This document shows, one piece after another, positions 23,947 through 36,995 of a stretch of DNA of 51,659 bases. The notes beneath the pieces are model-generated. The model saw nothing but the letters and a program-made list of their open reading frames with translations. It was not told the origin of the DNA and did no database searches. The DNA comes from Mesotaenium endlicherianum (Eukaryota). The stretch lies in contig WELA01002665.1 in the NCBI GenBank assembly GCA_009602735.1, positions 112,555 through 164,213 of the forward strand, in the 5' to 3' direction. Position 1 is the stretch's first letter, and each line of letters begins with the position of its first letter. A program made the position numbers and the translations under genes.

Positions 23947-24449
23947 TGTAGTGATTTGAGTTATTATATATTAGTATGCATATTTTTTAATGTTTTCAAA
24001 TATATTCGGAGTAGTATTGTGTGGAGTCAAGTGTGAATAGGTACTCTAGTAACTTGGTTCATGTCCTTTGAACCTTCCAAGGCATTTTCGAAGTTAGAGG
24101 AAAGACCTAGAAGAACTCCATGTGGCAAAAGTCAGATGTGCCATTTTTAGGTCAAAAGGACATGTGTACATTATTCTAGAAAGAGGTGGCAAGTTTTGGG
24201 ATGTGTTGGGTGCCAACACATCAACATACACCTTCCTAGAAATTACTTATGTAGCAAGTATATAAACAAGAGCTAGAACATAGAAAGACATTCCAGAATC
24301 ACTCTTGTACTGGCCAAAATCCAGAAATATATTAACTTTCAAGAAGCCATCTCTCTTTCAAGAAGCTACCATCTGTGTTCAAAGATCCTTGTCTTGAATA
24401 GATAAACTATTCTGTTTTACTAAGTAATTTATCTATTTGTTTCACTACA
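23947..24449 (+). repeat. Second LTR of family A (503 bp)
   Basis: Copy of 8781-9283, preceded by the G-rich PPT CGGGGGGGTGA. Confidence 0.95.
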
Positions 24450-25366
24450 GCTTCCATGCCGCCAACCCCCATCTTGGACCAGCCCCAAGTCTCTCTACTA
24501 AAAGCCCGAAGACTTCAGGGAGGCGGCCTGCCACCATCAAGTAGCTGCAGAAGATTCCTTGGAGGCAGCCTGCAAGAACAAAAAAGAGGAAAAATTGACA
24601 TTAGACACTCTTCTCTTCTCACAGTTTCTGGACAGAAAACTAAAACTGCTACTGGTGATAAGTCTCTACATCATATATTCTGAAATTTACCTGGCTGTAG
24701 TCCATGAGTAGCCGGTCATTTAGTGTCCAAGTTTGCTCAATTTGGAGCACTGGTGAGAGAGATATGATGCTCTAAGTAGAAGGGGGTCAGGCTGCTTGCA
24801 TTGTTAGGGCAGAATATGCCTTCTGACATTGTGCCCTCCCCTGAACTTGGAATGCTCTGAAACTCAAGACTCTGGTAGAACATCTTACAACGCCCATTTT
24901 GAGACTTACTTTGCAGAATTTGGAGAAGTATAGAAGGACTTATGATTTTCAGAAGTTTCTGCACAGATTTGGAGGAGTGCCTACTCTCTCAGCTCTCAAC
25001 AACACTCCAAAAATTAGAATGCTCTCAAATTTGTTGACCCGGTTGAGTTCTCCAACGCGGTCCGTCTGGCCTTCAAATTTTTAGATTTGGAGCAGTTCTG
25101 TGGACGCTATGAAGTTTTGAGTTTGTGGCAGATTCTGGGCCAACTTGTACAATTTTCTTTATCATTAAGGAGTAGGCTAGCCAATAAGGTCACACCACCT
25201 ACGACCTTGCCTAGTCTACCTTACATGTGTAGCACCTGACTTGGCGCCTTTGACTAGTCCTCTTCACATGTGTGGCATCTGACTTGAAACTGTTGACTAG
25301 TTTGCTCCACATGTGTAAGACCTGACTTGACGCGCCGAGACGTCGCTTTTTCTATCGGGGGGGTGA
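24450..25366 (+). repeat. Second copy of the family A 3' internal region (end of pol + 3' UTR + PPT)
   Basis: Closely similar to 23033-23946; starts exactly after the CA of the second LTR. Confidence 0.93.
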
Positions 25367-25865
25367 TGTAGTGATTTGAGTTATTATATATTAATTTGCA
25401 TATATTTTGATGTTTTCAAATATATTTGGAGTAGTATTGTGTGGAGTCAAGTGTGAATAGGTACTCTAGTAACTTGGTTCATGTCCTTTGAACCTTCCAA
25501 GGCATTTTCGAAGTTAGAGGAAAGACCTAGAAGAACTCCATGTGGCAAAAGTCAAATGTGCCATTTTTAGGTCAAAAGGACATGTGTACATTATTCTAGA
25601 AAGAGGTGGCAAGTTTTGGGATGTGTTGGGTGCCAACACATCAACATACACCTTCCTAGAAATTACTTATGTAGCAAGTATGTAAACAAGAGCTAGAACA
25701 TAGAAAGACATTCCAGAATCACTCTTGTACTTGCCAAAATCCAGAAATATATTAACTTTCAAGAAGCCATCTCTCTTTCAAGAAGCTACCACTTGTGTTC
25801 AAAGATCCTTGTCTTGAATAAAGTATTCTATTTTACTAAGTACTTTATCTATCTGTTTCACTACA
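25367..25865 (+). repeat. Third (terminal) LTR of family A (499 bp)
   Basis: Copy of 8781-9283 with a 4-bp deletion; followed by the TSD GCCCA. Confidence 0.95.
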
Positions 25866-28338
25866 GCCCACCTCTCTCATTGTCTTCCGTTTCAGCGCCA
25901 GGTGGGACAGGCTCATCCAACAGGGACGCTCGCCCGTCCCGCCCGCATGCCTATTTTGACACGACCACAACCTATTTTCAGCCATATTGGAGGTGTGAAG
26001 AAGTGGACGACCACACATAAATTCACGTGTGAGCCAACAGATAAACTTGCAGTTGCACACATGTACATGCATACTGCCGAGCAAGTTGACAACAGGTACA
26101 CACACACATATACACACACATGCGTGCCCGCACACAAACACCAAGACTCAATACAATTCATATGGGAGGAGGAGAGAGAGTGGGAGAGAGAGAGGGAGAA
26201 AGAGGCAGAAAAAGGGCGCAAGGAGAAAGGAGACAAGGGTTGGGAAAGAAAGAGCACGCAACAACTCCTACTCCAAATTTGCCCCAGGCCCCATCAACCA
26301 ACGCCACGCCCCCATTCACCTGCGTGCCCACCCACCCCCATCTCAGGGCCGTCTAAAATGTGGAGAGAAGAGGCGCTCGCTGCTCTCGGTTACAGCCTTA
26401 CAGGCATGGGCGCACCTGCCAGGTGGCACAAGGGCGGGTGGTGTGGCGGCAGAAAGACTGGCATAGAGTAAGGTCTAGAGGTTTTGGGCACAAAGTAGAG
26501 CGATGCCAGCTTATTAAAGTTGAAGGCGTAGCACGCACCTGCCAGCCAGGTGGCAAGGGGCAGGCCGCTCCAGCAACTCTGCAGCAAGCTTAGGGAGTAC
26601 TCGAAACTCCGTGTGCTAGTTTTTGGATGGAAGAAGATGAGGTACTGGGTAGCCACCGCTGGACGGCTTCGAAACGTCTTATGCACACCATCATGAAGAG
26701 TGCCAGGTCTAACTATAAGTCGGAATCCATCCATGCGGCAATGGATGTATGATACTAGTTTGAGGTTCTTGTTCTACATTTCTTGATTTCTCGAATTGTA
26801 GGGAAGAGCCTTGAAAGCTCAATGATATTGATTTGACCTCGGTTTTGACCTCGATCTTGACGTCAATCTTCACCTCGATCTAGCATGCCATGTCGGCAAC
26901 GAGCAGCCCCTGTAGGCTGCAGTAGGCTGTGATGCAATGTGGGAGACTGCCATTTTTTCTGAAGTGACTAAAGTTTCAACAATTGATGTAAGATGAAAGC
27001 TCGCTCGCTTCAAAGCCCATCTACCACCATACTTCGAGTTACGGGAGAGCGGGTGTAAAATGTGGAAATTAAACCGGCCAAAACCCCGCAAGGGTTATAG
27101 CCAATGTGCATTGACATTGGACATAATCAAATTTAAGCATGCTCAAAACTACCAGCATTCAACAAGTTGGCTCAAGTGGGCTCAAGTAGTAGTTACTCGG
27201 CTTATATCCAATATAACATACAGGTGTTCATGTGGTTATTCGTCCTTGGACATATCTGCTGATTCCGCGCGTGAATATTGCTCCTCGTTGCTTTCGGAAG
27301 GTTCGAAACCATGTACGGTCCCCTGATGAGTACAACTGGGAACAACATTTCGCACTGCGAAAGCCACGCGAAAGTGCAGAAGTATCAACAAGTAAACTCC
27401 ATGCAGGTACGAGGCTTTTTTTCCTTTGAAGGACAAAATACAGTACTTAGTGGAGCATGTGCCGGGCCCTAGCTCGAGAGCTTTGCTGAGGGCTCAAGCA
27501 GGAGGCGCTCATGAATCAGCATCGATATTGCAGATACACTTATGCTCACGTCTAGCATTGGGTATTGTGCGGACGTGACCCTTTCTTGAAGTTCAGTAGG
27601 GACCCTGAAGGTTCCCAAGCCCAGGTATACTCGATTAGCAGAAATGAACGTCCTCGTAGCCCCTCCGCCCCGTGTACGAGTCTCGTTTGATCTTCCACTC
27701 GATTCGAAACCGGCGGGGCTATCCAGCACGTCCTGGGTGTTGCTTCCCGCCAACGCAAAGCTAGTGGGAGACTTTGCTCAGCACGTCATCCACGTTTTCG
27801 AGCTAAAGGGAGTCAGTGTGAACGAGGTCCTACTCGAGGTGTGCAATCGCAACCTCTGCAAATTTTCCGCAACGCTTTAAACCCCCAATCCCTTCACTGT
27901 GGTTATGGAGCGCACAGCTGGCACTAAGCCCAGGGCCCAGGGCCAGAGTAAGCACTGCAGAACCAAGCATGTAGAACAGCGCATGTCGAATGACGCATGA
28001 AGCATGAAGGTTTGTGCAACTCATGTCAGAGCTGCACGTGCAGCCGAGGGCAGCCCTCCAATCCTCTCGGCCAGTGTCCCGGTCTCGCTGTCGATACTCT
28101 CAGTTGGCAAGCTCCAGCTCTGCAAGACTGACTCACTCAACGCCTCGCGAGCATTCTCTCGCGCCACTTGGCATCGTTGGGGTCCACGGGCAGCAGAAGA
28201 GCTGCAGCAGAGGAGCTCTTGGAGTCGGCCACACCTTCTTGCATTATCTTGCATCACTTATTCTCTGTTATTTTGGGCCATAGCTTCGATTTCTATCATA
28301 TAATCTGAGTCATATCTGGAGCCGTCGGATCCTGACAG

Positions 28339-31225
28339 GTGGATGGATCTGCTCTGCCGCTCGCTCAGCCGGCCAGCCTGCTCCGCGACGGCGACCACGT
28401 TAGGTACCCTTCAGGCTTTAAGTTTCGGGCTCTAGGGGCTTCGAGGTTTCGGGTTTTACCTTCTAGGGCTATGGCTTCAAATTCGGAGTTTAAGTATCAG
28501 GAGGGCCAAGCTTATGGTGAAGCATTACAAGCTTGAGCTCCCTTGCGTTTCAGACTTCCTAGGTCAAGGGTTAGAGGCTTCCAAGGGCTTAAACTTCTCA
28601 GGTTGAGGGTTTAAGGAGGCTATGAAAGCCAGCAGGGAGGTTGGGGGCTCAGCAGGCGCCTCTCCTTACTCATGCTGGTTACAGGAGCTCAGGGCTTTGG
28701 GTTTAATTCACGGAGAAGGTGTCAAGGTTAGAGGCCTCTGGCTCTTTTTGGCGTGCCTAGGGTTTAAGGGTTAAGCAGCCGGCTGGCTGCAGCAGATGAA
28801 CAAACCCCTGCAGACGTGCGTCTGCATCTTGGTTTGGGCTTTTGGATTAGAGTTTAAATAGGTCTTGAACTTCCGATTGGACCCTTTAAGTCCGACCTTT
28901 GAAGCCGCAACCCCGGGCCCAAAACCCTGACCCTGAGCTGGCGTGGGCCTGCCACCTTCAGCTTCCCAGAGATTTCGATCCAACCCCATAATTCGAAGCC
29001 TAAAACCCACCAGACCCTGTTCTCCTTTTCTCCTCTCCGGAGCTTTTGAATTGGTGCCAGGAGTCGACAGCCATGTCCCTTTTGCAACTTACCTTTGATG
29101 CTCGTGGAAAGGTACGGGTAGGGGCTGTAGGGTTTTGGGTTTAAGGCTGAGGTGCCATAGAGGCATGCTTCAGTTCGCCTGCTCCTGCTGTCTGTGCTCG
29201 CCTGCTCCTGCTGCCTGCCTCAGCTTTCCCGGCCTTTTATGGTAGAAGACTCCCAGTGCAAAGAAGCATGTGAACCTCTCGTGACAGGTGGAGGCAAAAC
29301 TCTCTCCACCATCCCCTCCAGCCTCTCTCTCCCCCCAATTATATTCTCTTCCCCCCCCCNGCAAGAGCTCTGCAGGGGGGGGCATGGGCAAGCTGCCCCC
29401 CCAGGCAGGGGGGCGGGGCCGACTTGCCGCTGCTGCAGCTACAGAATGGAGGTGAGAAACAGGAGGAGGAGGAGGAGGAGGAAGAGGAGGCGGCGGCGCA
29501 AGAAGAGGGCGAGGAGGAAGAATTAATGTGCATGAAGGAGGAGGAGGAGGAAGAGGAGGAGGAGGAGGAGGAGGTCAAAGCGCTTGCTATTGCTGCCAAG
29601 GGGGGGAAGCGCCGGCGGAGGAGCGAAGAGGATCTGCCAGGTGGCGGAAGCTCGCGGCACCACAGCGGCGGCACAAGGTGAGCCTTGTCGAGCCCGGAGA
29701 AGAGACATGCGCTCCCTGCACGCTTCTGCAGAAAATCCTAATCCTAATGTAGATCTCAACCCTAATGCAAGTCCTAACCCTAATAAAAATTCTAATTTTA
29801 ATACAAAACCCTGCTTCTGGTTCTTATTCTGGCCAAAGCCCTGACCACGACATGCTGCTTCCTGCAGCAAAACTTCCTGCTGCAGCTCTGAGCCCAAACG
29901 TTCCCCGCGCAGCAACTTTTTGTACTCTTCGAACCTCAGTGCCTTTTGCATCATATTCGAAATCTCGTCCTCTTTCTTCTGCGGATTGCGATAAAACGAA
30001 TGCCCCTCGCTGCGGGTAAAGATTCAAGTTTAAAAGACCTAAGGGGCCTGCTGCAGCAAACCAGAAACAAGACTTAATAAAAGCTCTGCAAGTCTGTTGC
30101 GGCGATTTACTGAAGCCTCTCTCTTTCCTCGCGGCAAACTCCAAGGCCTAAATCTGAAACCAAAACCCGAAACCCATGGCTTCTCCTGCAGCAGGAGAGT
30201 GGCAAGCGCCTGCAGCCCTCTCGCATTTGAGGGACTCCCATGTGGTGGGCCAAAACAATCTCCTGATTATCCAGTTTTTGCACTTTGTTTGAACATGGTG
30301 TATGTAATTTCTGTGCATTGTTGGAGTTGATTGCACATTGGGACTTAATGCAACGAGGTCAGTGGAAATTAAAATATATATGTTTTTCTTTCCAATATAA
30401 GAAGGTGTTAGTGGTGAGAATCTGCAAAAGAGAGGCCGGCCAGTGCTCTTTGGTCAAAGTTTGAGGATTATGTTTTGGTTTTCTTTTAAGCTTTGGTGTT
30501 GTGGGCCTGCGGCCTGTCGCACCTTTTAACTTCACTTCATATGTGTTTTCATATATATATGTATGTGTACATATGATTTATATGCATATATTCATACATA
30601 CATAAGTACCTTACTTCTGATCATTTGATCTGGCAAGCACTGCAGGGGCTTGAATGAAAGGCTGAAGAAGAAAGCGAGGTTTGCGGCAGCAGAGTCTGCC
30701 GCAAATGGTGGAGCAACAGGTGGCGCGCTCTCGGCGGGGAATGGGATAGAGTGGGAGCGAGGCAGGGGAGGGGTGCGGAAGAAAAAAGAGAGCAGGAAAA
30801 GGCTAAAGTCAGGTAACAAAGTAGAAGAGGTGGAGGAGGGTGAGGAACAAGAGGAGGAGGAGGAAGAGGAGGAGGTCAAGCGAACGAAGAAAAAGAAGAA
30901 TGATGGAGGGAAGGCGAAGGAGAAGGAGGAGAAGACAGCAAAGAGGGCAAAGAAGGTGAAGAGGAAGTTGGAGGAGGAGGAGGAGGAGGAGGAAGTGAAG
31001 AAGGCAATTGGGAAGTTAGAGGAGGAAGAGGAAGGGGAGGAGGAGGAGGAGGTGGAGGAGGAAGAGGAGGAGGAAGAGGAAGAGGAGGAGGAAGAGGAAG
31101 AGGAGGAGATGGAGAAGGGAGAAGTGAAGAAGAAGGAAAGGGAGAAGAAGCAGGAGAAAGTGGTACGGGAGTTGGAGGAGGAAGAGGAGGAGGAGGAGGA
31201 GGAAGAGGAGGAGAAAGAGGAAGAG

Positions 31226-31259
<34 letters not shown>

Positions 31260-32969
31260 GGGAGGAGGGGAACGAGCCAGCAGAGCGCACACGTGAGAGG
31301 GGGAGAGGGGCAGAGAGTAAGAAGACCAAGGAGAAGGGTTTGGAGGAGGGGGAGCAGGAGGAGGAGGAGGAGGAGGAGGAGAGTGGCAGCGAGGGAGGAG
31401 TAGCAGGTGCAGGTGGCACAGCTGCAAGCCCTGCGACCCCGCGCACGCCAGGTGTCGCAACCAAGACGCGTGAGGTGCGTGCGTGCCTATGTGCTTGTGT
31501 CAATTTGGAGAGCCAAGGAGGGGGCCAAGTGGCAGGGGAGGGGCCCCAGGGTTGGTCGGGGACAGGGGGAGGGGGATAAATGCGGGGTTGGGTGTTGCTG
31601 GGATGTGTCTTCAGCTCCTAAGCCTCACACCATGTGCGTTGTGTGTGTGTGTGATGCGCGCGTGTGCGTGTGTGCGCATGTGTGCGTGCGTGTGCTTGTG
31701 CGTGTGTGCATGTGCGTGTGCGTGCGCTTGCGTGCGTGCGTGTGCTTGTGTGCGCGTGTGTATGTGTGCATGTGTGCACGCGCGCATGCTCTGAGCGCCC
31801 CTAGTGTTGCACTAGCTCGTGCGCTTTTGCCACAGAGCTGTCTTTAACGGCTGTCTTTAGCATGGTTGCTGTTGGCAGTCACTTGATGTAAGGTCTATTC
31901 CTTTGTATCGCACAACTCCACCACACCAATCTTCCCCCGAAAGTGTGAAAGACCGGCAGGTGGGGGCGCTGCGCAAAGGACATAGTGCCAGACCACCACT
32001 TGTCTCGCACAACCTACGATACACATCCACCACTCACTTCATATTTCCGCTGTGCACGTGGAAACCAGGCAGGGGCTGTGTGCAGGAAACGACTCGAATA
32101 CCACTCGCATCAAAGAGCATATATCATCAATCTTCCGCTCTCTGTATTGAGAGCACAAATGACATTGCGCAACCAATCACACAAGACTATCACGACCGTT
32201 AGCCAGTTATCAAACGTGTGGAAAGCGGCGGGTGCTGCGTGCAGGCGCCGAGCAGGAAGCCTCGACCTATATTCAGGAAAACAAAAAAAAACAAGCAAAA
32301 ATGCAATCAAACAATGAAAACAATAAAAACAACAAATGCACCCTGTGTACCACCACTTGCATCATACCATTCCGGCAAAGAAGTCCTCCCCCGCCAATTC
32401 ACCTCACTGTATGGGTAAGCGGTGGGCCGCGGGGCGCGGGGCGGCGGGCGGCGGGCGGCGGGGTGCAGGGACCGAGCAGGAGCTCCCGCAGGAGGAAGGC
32501 AAAGCGTCGGTGGCTGAAGCTGCACGCACAGGGTGCCCCCCACCCCCAGGTGAGGACGGTGCGTCGGTATCGTGTCGTTGATTTGAGTGGTATCACCATC
32601 ACACACCGACGCATGCAAGCGCAGGCGGCCGGCCGTCCCATCCGAGGGAGACACTTTGTTGCCTGCGTCATTAATTTTGAATTTGAATGTGTCACGCGGC
32701 TTACTTGCAAGCGCAGGCTGCCCCAGGCAAGACGCTAACGTACGTCGTGTCGTTGATTTGAACGTTTTCACAAAGTCACTTGCAAGCGCAGGCTGCTGCC
32801 AAGGTATGACATCACGTTGGACGTGTCATTGATTTACACGTCCTACGCAGTTGCTCGCCTGGCAATGCTCCTGAGGTTAAGTAACATACATATGTAGCAC
32901 ATGTGTGTAGCATAAAACACATCTGCGCAACATAGGCATAGATATACATGGACATTCATATACGTAGAC

Positions 32970-33003
<34 letters not shown>

Positions 33004-35655
33004 GTATGAACACGTGTAGTAGTACATATGCATAAGGCTCAGGAGGGGGGTGGTGGATCGGAGTGCTGGGAAGTCAGCTGGTTCTTAAAAAAGTTATTGG
33101 CACGGTCAGGGCGTTGTTCTTGACGTGCCGGTGGTCCATACTCGGAAGACATCATCTGCGGGCATGCGTCCGCGCACGTGCGCCCGCGCGTGCTTGTGTG
33201 TGCTTGTGTGTGCTTGTGCGCGTGCTTGTGCTTGCGTGCATGCGCCTGCTTGCGTGTGTGCATGCATGCACGCAAGCGGCTGCGTGTGTGTGCACGCGCG
33301 TGTACGAGGCTTGCAGGTATGCGCACCTCTGTATGCGCCACCGCTTGTGCGTGCCTGCCTGTGGGTGCCTGCAAGCATGTAACTGCGTTTGTGTGCCTGC
33401 ACATAATACACCTGTGCCTGTGTGTGCCTGTGTGTGTGTGCATGTGCCTGCGTGCGTGCACCTGCGCATGTATGCGTGCGTGCGTGTATGTGCCAGTACA
33501 TGTGCGCTTGCGCATGTGTGCCCTGCGTGTGCGTTTTGATGCTGTGTGTGTGCCTGCACGCAGGTGCATGTGCACGCGCGTGCGCTTGGGCAAGCATGCG
33601 TTGTTGCTGCTGCGAATGTTGAATGCCGTGGAGCGCCTGACATTGCTCTCAAAAAGACAATTTAGTGCATTGTGCTAGCCTCCCATTGACTCTCTCGACT
33701 CAGTCTGTACCTGTATTGCATGCGTACGTAATGCGTGCGCGTGCTTGCGTGCACGTGCATGCATGCGTGCGTGTGTGCGTGTGTGCTTGCATGTACGTGC
33801 TTGTCTGCGTGCGTGCGCTTGCGTGATTGCGTGCGCTTGCGTGATTGCGTGCGTGCGTGCGTGGTGTGCGTGTATGTGTGCGTCTGCGTGAGTGCAGGCG
33901 TCTGCATGAGGCAGTCGTGCATGTGTCTGTATAGGACAAGCGTGCATGCGTGCGTGAGAGCGAGCGTGCTCCTAGTGCTTGTGTGCAAGTGCTTGCATGC
34001 ATGCGAGAGCGTCTAGTGTGTTCTGCTTGGCTCTCCCAAGGGAAGGGGAGAGCACGATCATGCACCGGTCTGCGTCAGTATGCAAGGCTGGCTGGCTGGT
34101 GGCGCCAGAGAAAGTTGTATTTCAATCTCTCGCAACAGATGCACCAGGTCGACAAGTGGGAAGAATGTGAGCGGATGAATTTGTGTGCGTGTGTGTGTGT
34201 GTGTGTGCGTGCTTGCGCGTGTACGTGCGTGTGTGCGTGCGAGCAGGTGTGCGTGCGTGTGTCTGTGCGCATGTATGCAAAAGACTTCGTATGAAGGCTA
34301 GAGCCGGCCAGAGCTCTTCCCCCCCTTACTACACTCTGCTGTTAATTTATGCGCGTCGAGCTAAAATTTGTCTTCCCAAGTTTGAGGAAGTAACTCACCT
34401 GAACCTGCGCAGATGTTCGAAACCATACATTTTTGGACCAGCTGTTCAAAGCACGCCCCGGTCTATTCTAGGGCCTTCGAGCAGGTGGAGTGGACCAATC
34501 AGTGCATCGGTTTACACACGCTGCACTTCGCCCTCTTCATGCATGGCTCGCTCTCCACTCACCCGTCTCCTTCACGTCGTTACCCCCCCCCCCCCCCCCC
34601 CCNNNNNNNNNNNNNCCCCCCCCCCCTCTTTCATTGCTTCCTCCTCCCCTGCCGCCGCTTGCCCGCCAGGTGAAAGCAGCAGATGGCGGCGCTCCTGTGA
34701 AGCCTAACGAAGGCGCCGCCCGGGCAGGAGTGGGGGCCGGGGCCCAGGCACAAGGACAGGTGTCAGCTCCAGAGCACATTAGACAGGAAGGGATGAAGAA
34801 GACAGGATACGGGAGCGGGGCGGCTGCGAAAGTGGCGAAGAAGGCAAGAGGGGAAGCCATGGACGTAAGGGGGGGTGCAAGAGGAGTGCTAGAGGAGGAC
34901 GAGGAGGAGGAGGAGGAGGCTGCCAAGGAGGAGAAGTGTGGATATGGGGGAGAGAGAATAGGGGGGGCGGGCCCAGAGGCGAGGGTGGTGGCAGGGGCAG
35001 AGGCAGGGAAAGGAGAGGAGGAGGAGGAGGGGGAGGAGGAGGAGGAGCGACAGGTGGTGGTCATCAGAGAGGGGCACGTCCGCTTTGCACCACTTGGCAG
35101 CGGTGGGGACCAAGGCGACGACGCAGCAGGTAGGCCCAGCCTCCGCATTCAGATGAAGCTCCTATCATGCTCACTTACGTTCTGAAGAGCCGAGGCTCGA
35201 CAGGTGGCAGTTCTTGGCGCAGCCAGAGCCGTATACGGCAGCTGGTGATGCTGTGACGCTGCTCTGCTGACAAGTCGCGCCATCTTGTGATGCTGCCTTG
35301 GGGTTGGTGCCGCCAAGTGGCGTCCACTGCTTGCTGACGTCACGCCTCGCTTCTTATCTGCCCGGCTGATCGACACCTGGCCTTCCCTTGGACATGCTCG
35401 CACCTCTCAACTCCTTCTCTTTCGCGTATACACATCATAGTGCCGATGTTTATTTTTGTGTATACCAATGTTTGTTTGTGTGTGTGAATATGTGTACTAT
35501 AACATCCAGATATACAGGAACGTACGTATGCATGTATGTGTGTATGGGTTTTTTTGGAAGCTCGTGAATCTGTACACACACACTCTTTACAGAAATATGG
35601 GCACACAAGCATGCATGCAGGATCATCTGTATACATAAAAATATACTCGTATATA

Positions 35656-35686
<31 letters not shown>

Positions 35687-36964
35687 GCACATATGTGACT
35701 ACAATGAATACACTTATAGGTATATGCTTATGTACGTGTGTCTGTCCGTACGTATGTTCATATGAACACAGATTGTGCCGATTGAGATGTGACCACCATC
35801 AAGTCATAGTTGAGCAAGTTTTGTATCTGTTCTTATGTGCAGAAGATGGAAATGCTGAGGCTCGTCGCCGCCCAAACGTAAGTGCCCCCACCCTAGCCTC
35901 GAACCCAAACTCCGGAATCCCAATTTTGAAGTCCGAATTGTAAAACCCCAACCCACTCTGAGAACGCAGTATGCTCGTTTGGCCCTCACGCGAGTAGGCA
36001 TACACGTAAAAACAGGCCTGTGCATGTGAGCGCATGTGCATGTGGCGTGCGCTCGTTTGCCCGCAAGGCTGCCCGCGTGCGTGCTTGCGTGCGTGCCCGT
36101 GCTTGCGTGCGTGCGTGCCCATGCTTGCGTGCGTGCGCGTGCATGTGCTTGCGTGCGTGTGCGTGCTTGCACGTGCGTGTGCTTGCTTGCGTGTGCGTGC
36201 GTGCGCGTGAGTGCACGTGTGTGTGCGATTGGGCATGTAGATAAGACAGGGCTTCTCTCGTTTGTAAGTTTACGTGTGTGTAAGCGGATGCTAACTCACT
36301 AGGAGAACATGTTGACGTGTGCATGACAAGAACAGAGGGTCTCACGCCCCCTCTTTCTTGCTTTCCTTTCATCCATGGCGTGTGTCCTAGGCGTCGTTGC
36401 TTCCTGCGCCCCATCCTTTCCTCCCTATCCCAGAGCCGAAACTTGTTTGAAATGATGGACCCCCTCGCTCGAGGACAAGACCAACATCGTATTTCGCACG
36501 GCTGTCTGTATGCTTGTCTGTACAACCGCACGAAACTAGATTGCACATGGAGAGAACGCCCGGGCGTGCACGTGCACGTGCACGTGCATGGTCAAACAGG
36601 ACCTGCAGATGTTTCCTTCCTCAGGCACCGGCTCGGATGTGCCAACGTGATTGTGAGCAAGCGCGCGCGCGTGCCAAGGTGCACGGGAGAATGATCATCG
36701 GGCTCGTGCGCGTGGGCATGGCTTGTTGCTCCGCCTGACGCGTGCGTGCGCGTGTGTTGAGTGTTTGTTTGTCTGTCCCTGCATGCGTAAAAGGCTAGCG
36801 CAGGTGTCTGCTACTCTGTCTATCATATGCTTGTGTGCCTCCGTGCGTGCATGCGTGCGTATTTGTGTGTGCGCATGTGTGTCTGTGCCCAATCTGGCTG
36901 ATGTGCGCATATGTGTGCACGTGCGCGTGTGCGTGCACGCCCGCGCGCATGTGTGCGTGTGCGT

Positions 36965-36995
<31 letters not shown>

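Larger units (their letters stand above)
8781..25865 (+). mobile_element. Ty3/gypsy chromovirus LTR retrotransposon 'A' (composite: three LTRs, nested element B)
   Basis: TG...CA LTRs of ~500 bp at 8781, 23947 and 25367. 5-bp TSD GCCCA at 8776-8780 and 25866-25870. PBS, PPT, and gag-PR-RT-RH-INT-chromodomain order. Confidence 0.95.

Noticed and set aside
30592..31503. Minus-strand poly-Ser and poly-Pro ORFs
   Set aside because: Antisense shadows of the GAG/GAA-rich coilin exon.
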